A program made the translations under genes and the position numbers. The notes under the pieces were generated by a model that was given only the letters and a program-made list of their open reading frames with translations, was not told the DNA's origin and made no database searches. This document shows positions 62,081 to 64,000 of a stretch of 64,000 nucleotides of DNA, piece by piece. The stretch comes from Octopus vulgaris. Lineage: Eukaryota. The stretch spans positions 41,912,001 through 41,976,000 of the forward strand of contig OX597832.1 of assembly GCA_951406725.2 (NCBI GenBank), given 5' to 3'. Every line of letters begins with the position of its first letter. The stretch's first letter is position 1.

Positions 62081-62190
62081 TCGTGCCACAGTTGTGCCAC
62101 ACATGCAGCAGTATATGCAACCAGAGTTGATTTACAAGATGTCTTACCCTGTTTATCCCATGTCTCATGCCACTGTTCGGCCGAGTATTA
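62081..62190 (+). CDS. SAP130: SAP130 coding exon (RATVVPHMQQYMQPELIYKMSYPVYPMSHATVRPSI, phase 2-1); gene continues beyond the window
   Basis: T-rich tract + ttgacAG, TTA|GTAAGT donor, 110 nt, frame-consistent. Confidence 0.85.
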
Positions 62191-62228
62191 GTAAGTATTT
62201 CTCTTTTGCTTTCCGATTATTATTATTT

Positions 62229-62669
62229 TTACCTCTTTAGCATTTAAACCAGCCATAACCAGAACAAATATTCTACTTGTTTCATGTTTAAACCTTTAGC
62301 GTTCGCATGATTCTGCCAAAATTAATGCTTCTTCATCCACTTTGTTTTGAACTAATCATGCATTATCTTGTAGCTATGAGATTTTGATGAGGTGGCTGTT
62401 AATTTTTAAAACGATATTGTAGGGTTGGTGTGAGAGACCAGATCTGGCCAGTTTGAACATAAAACAGGCAGAATACTTTTGTCCGGTTTAAATGCTAAAG
62501 GGTTAAACCAGCCAAATCTGGTGTCTCACACCTACCCTACCATGCCATTCTAACCTAAACAATCACATCATACAAAATCTTCAAGCTCAAGATAATACAC
62601 GATTAATTTTAAAACCCTGTGAATGAATAAGGATTATGTTTGACAGTAATCTGAATGCTAAAGAGTTAA
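62229..62669. mobile_element. Nested piggyBac-like P1 MITEs (inner copy 62288-62506 in opposite orientation)
   Basis: Outer element resumes after the inner TTAA...TTAA insertion. Confidence 0.85.
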
Positions 62670-62946
62670 TCATGGACATCAGTTGACTCCTCTCTTCTAA
62701 CCAATGTATAGAAGTGGATGGATTTAACACATGTGAAAGAGCATTCCTGGATGGGGAAACAAACTTGTATTTGCCATTTGATACCTGGGTTGGTGTGTTT
62801 TCTATTACTTGATTCAGCAGGAAGTGTTCATCAATTGCAATGATATCATGTATTATGTATTCACAGATTGTATGTATGTGTGTGTGTGTTGGAGTTGTAG
62901 CACCTTAGATGTGTGAACAGTATTCCAGTGGGTATATAGGAGCAGC

Positions 62947-63154
62947 TTAACCCTTTCGTTACCAACCCGGCTGAAACTGGCTCTGGTTCTGGGTACAAAT
63001 GTCTTGTTTACAAAAGTTCTGAATTAAAATCTTCTACCAAACCTTAGTCACAATTTATGTTCCTAACACCAGCTTAATGATAACTAAGTTATATTTAAAG
63101 TAATTGAAAGAAACACAGAGCATCTCAACAGAAATACAGTAACGAAAGGGTTAA
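62947..63154 (+). mobile_element. piggyBac-like MITE, family P2
   Basis: TTAA TSD, CCCTTTCGTTAC/GTAACGAAAGGG termini. Confidence 0.92.
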
Positions 63155-63520
63155 GTCAGGTGCAATAATATTCCTGTTATCAGCTCTTACTTGATTCAGT
63201 GTGGTATATTGGCATAACTCAGAGAACATCAGACAGAATGCGTTGCAGTATTTGTTCCAGCTCTTTGCATTCTGAGTTCAAATCCCACTATGGCTTACAT
63301 GGGTGGTAGACTTTATCTGTTGTCCCATTTAACATCAGGACATGACACCTTGCATGCTCTTAGCAGTGTCCACTCTGTTGTATACATTCAGGCCAGGTTT
63401 CCAATTTAGTTACACATTTTTTCCCTCCTTCCTTCTCATCTCTTGGAGGTCCTGAAAGAGGCATGGACACTGCTTTCCTTTCTAAGTAAACTATAAAAGA
63501 AAAGTACAATTTAATTGACA

Positions 63521-63912
63521 CTAGCACTATGACCCGGCAACACCGGGTCATAGTGCTAGTGCATGCATATACAGCTGCGTGCGTAAACACATACACGCGA
63601 GTATTGTCCAAATCTCCGACCAGTCACATACAGCTAGCTGGCATTCAATTGGCGTATCAAGTTTCGGGCATTTTGATTGGGCTTTGGATAGAAAATTCAC
63701 AAAAAAGTCACTTCTATTGATTTTTTAATGGCTTTGCGGGGTGACTGGGGAAATGTAAAGATGTGCACGACCACCCTTGGACAGTTTTGAATGACCATAG
63801 AAAGTGGGAGCCCTTTAACTGAAAAATTGTGGATTTGTATAAAGGATACACACACACAGACAGACATTTTGCCATTTATATATATATATATATATATATA
63901 CATATATATAGA
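63521..63912 (-). mobile_element. Non-autonomous Helitron
   Basis: On the - strand: A|TC start at 63912, hairpin then CTAG|T end at 63521, no TSD. Confidence 0.85.
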
Positions 63913-64000
63913 TAACACCTAGACTAAAAAAATGTTGTGGCTTTGTGCCTGTATGTCTGCATCATTATTATTATTACTGTTGTTATTTTATTATTTAGTA

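Overview
AT-rich, repeat-dense eukaryotic DNA. Its SINE, MITE and microsatellite content looks like an octopus (coleoid cephalopod) genome; this is inferred from recognising the repeats. The right quarter holds nine phase-consistent GT-AG coding exons on the + strand (47719-62190, about 554 codons, continuing past the window). They encode the low-complexity N-terminal half of a SAP130 orthologue (Sin3A-associated protein 130), recognised from the motifs SHLPRGAAAA and IPIAKVTPQ. An intact 151-aa ORF of unknown function lies on the - strand at 2824-3279. Between the two, about 4.4-23.4 kb is CpG-rich and looks regulatory (CCAAT cluster, DR4, X-box), while both flanks are CpG-depleted. The rest is several tRNA-derived SINE families, CR1/L2 and RTE LINE fragments, mariner relics, piggyBac/hAT/Harbinger-like/Tc1 MITEs, two related GGTAAATT foldback elements, a non-autonomous Helitron and compound microsatellites. 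The most unusual signal is a set of minimal hammerhead-ribozyme-like motifs. One has a complete topology but a non-canonical CUGUAGA core (24212-24249). Several lie in AT-rich elements that recur as head-to-head palindromes, suggesting a Penelope/retrozyme-type family. Most ORFs in the supplied track are artefacts of repeats. Repeat coordinates are approximate unless TSDs or TIRs are quoted.
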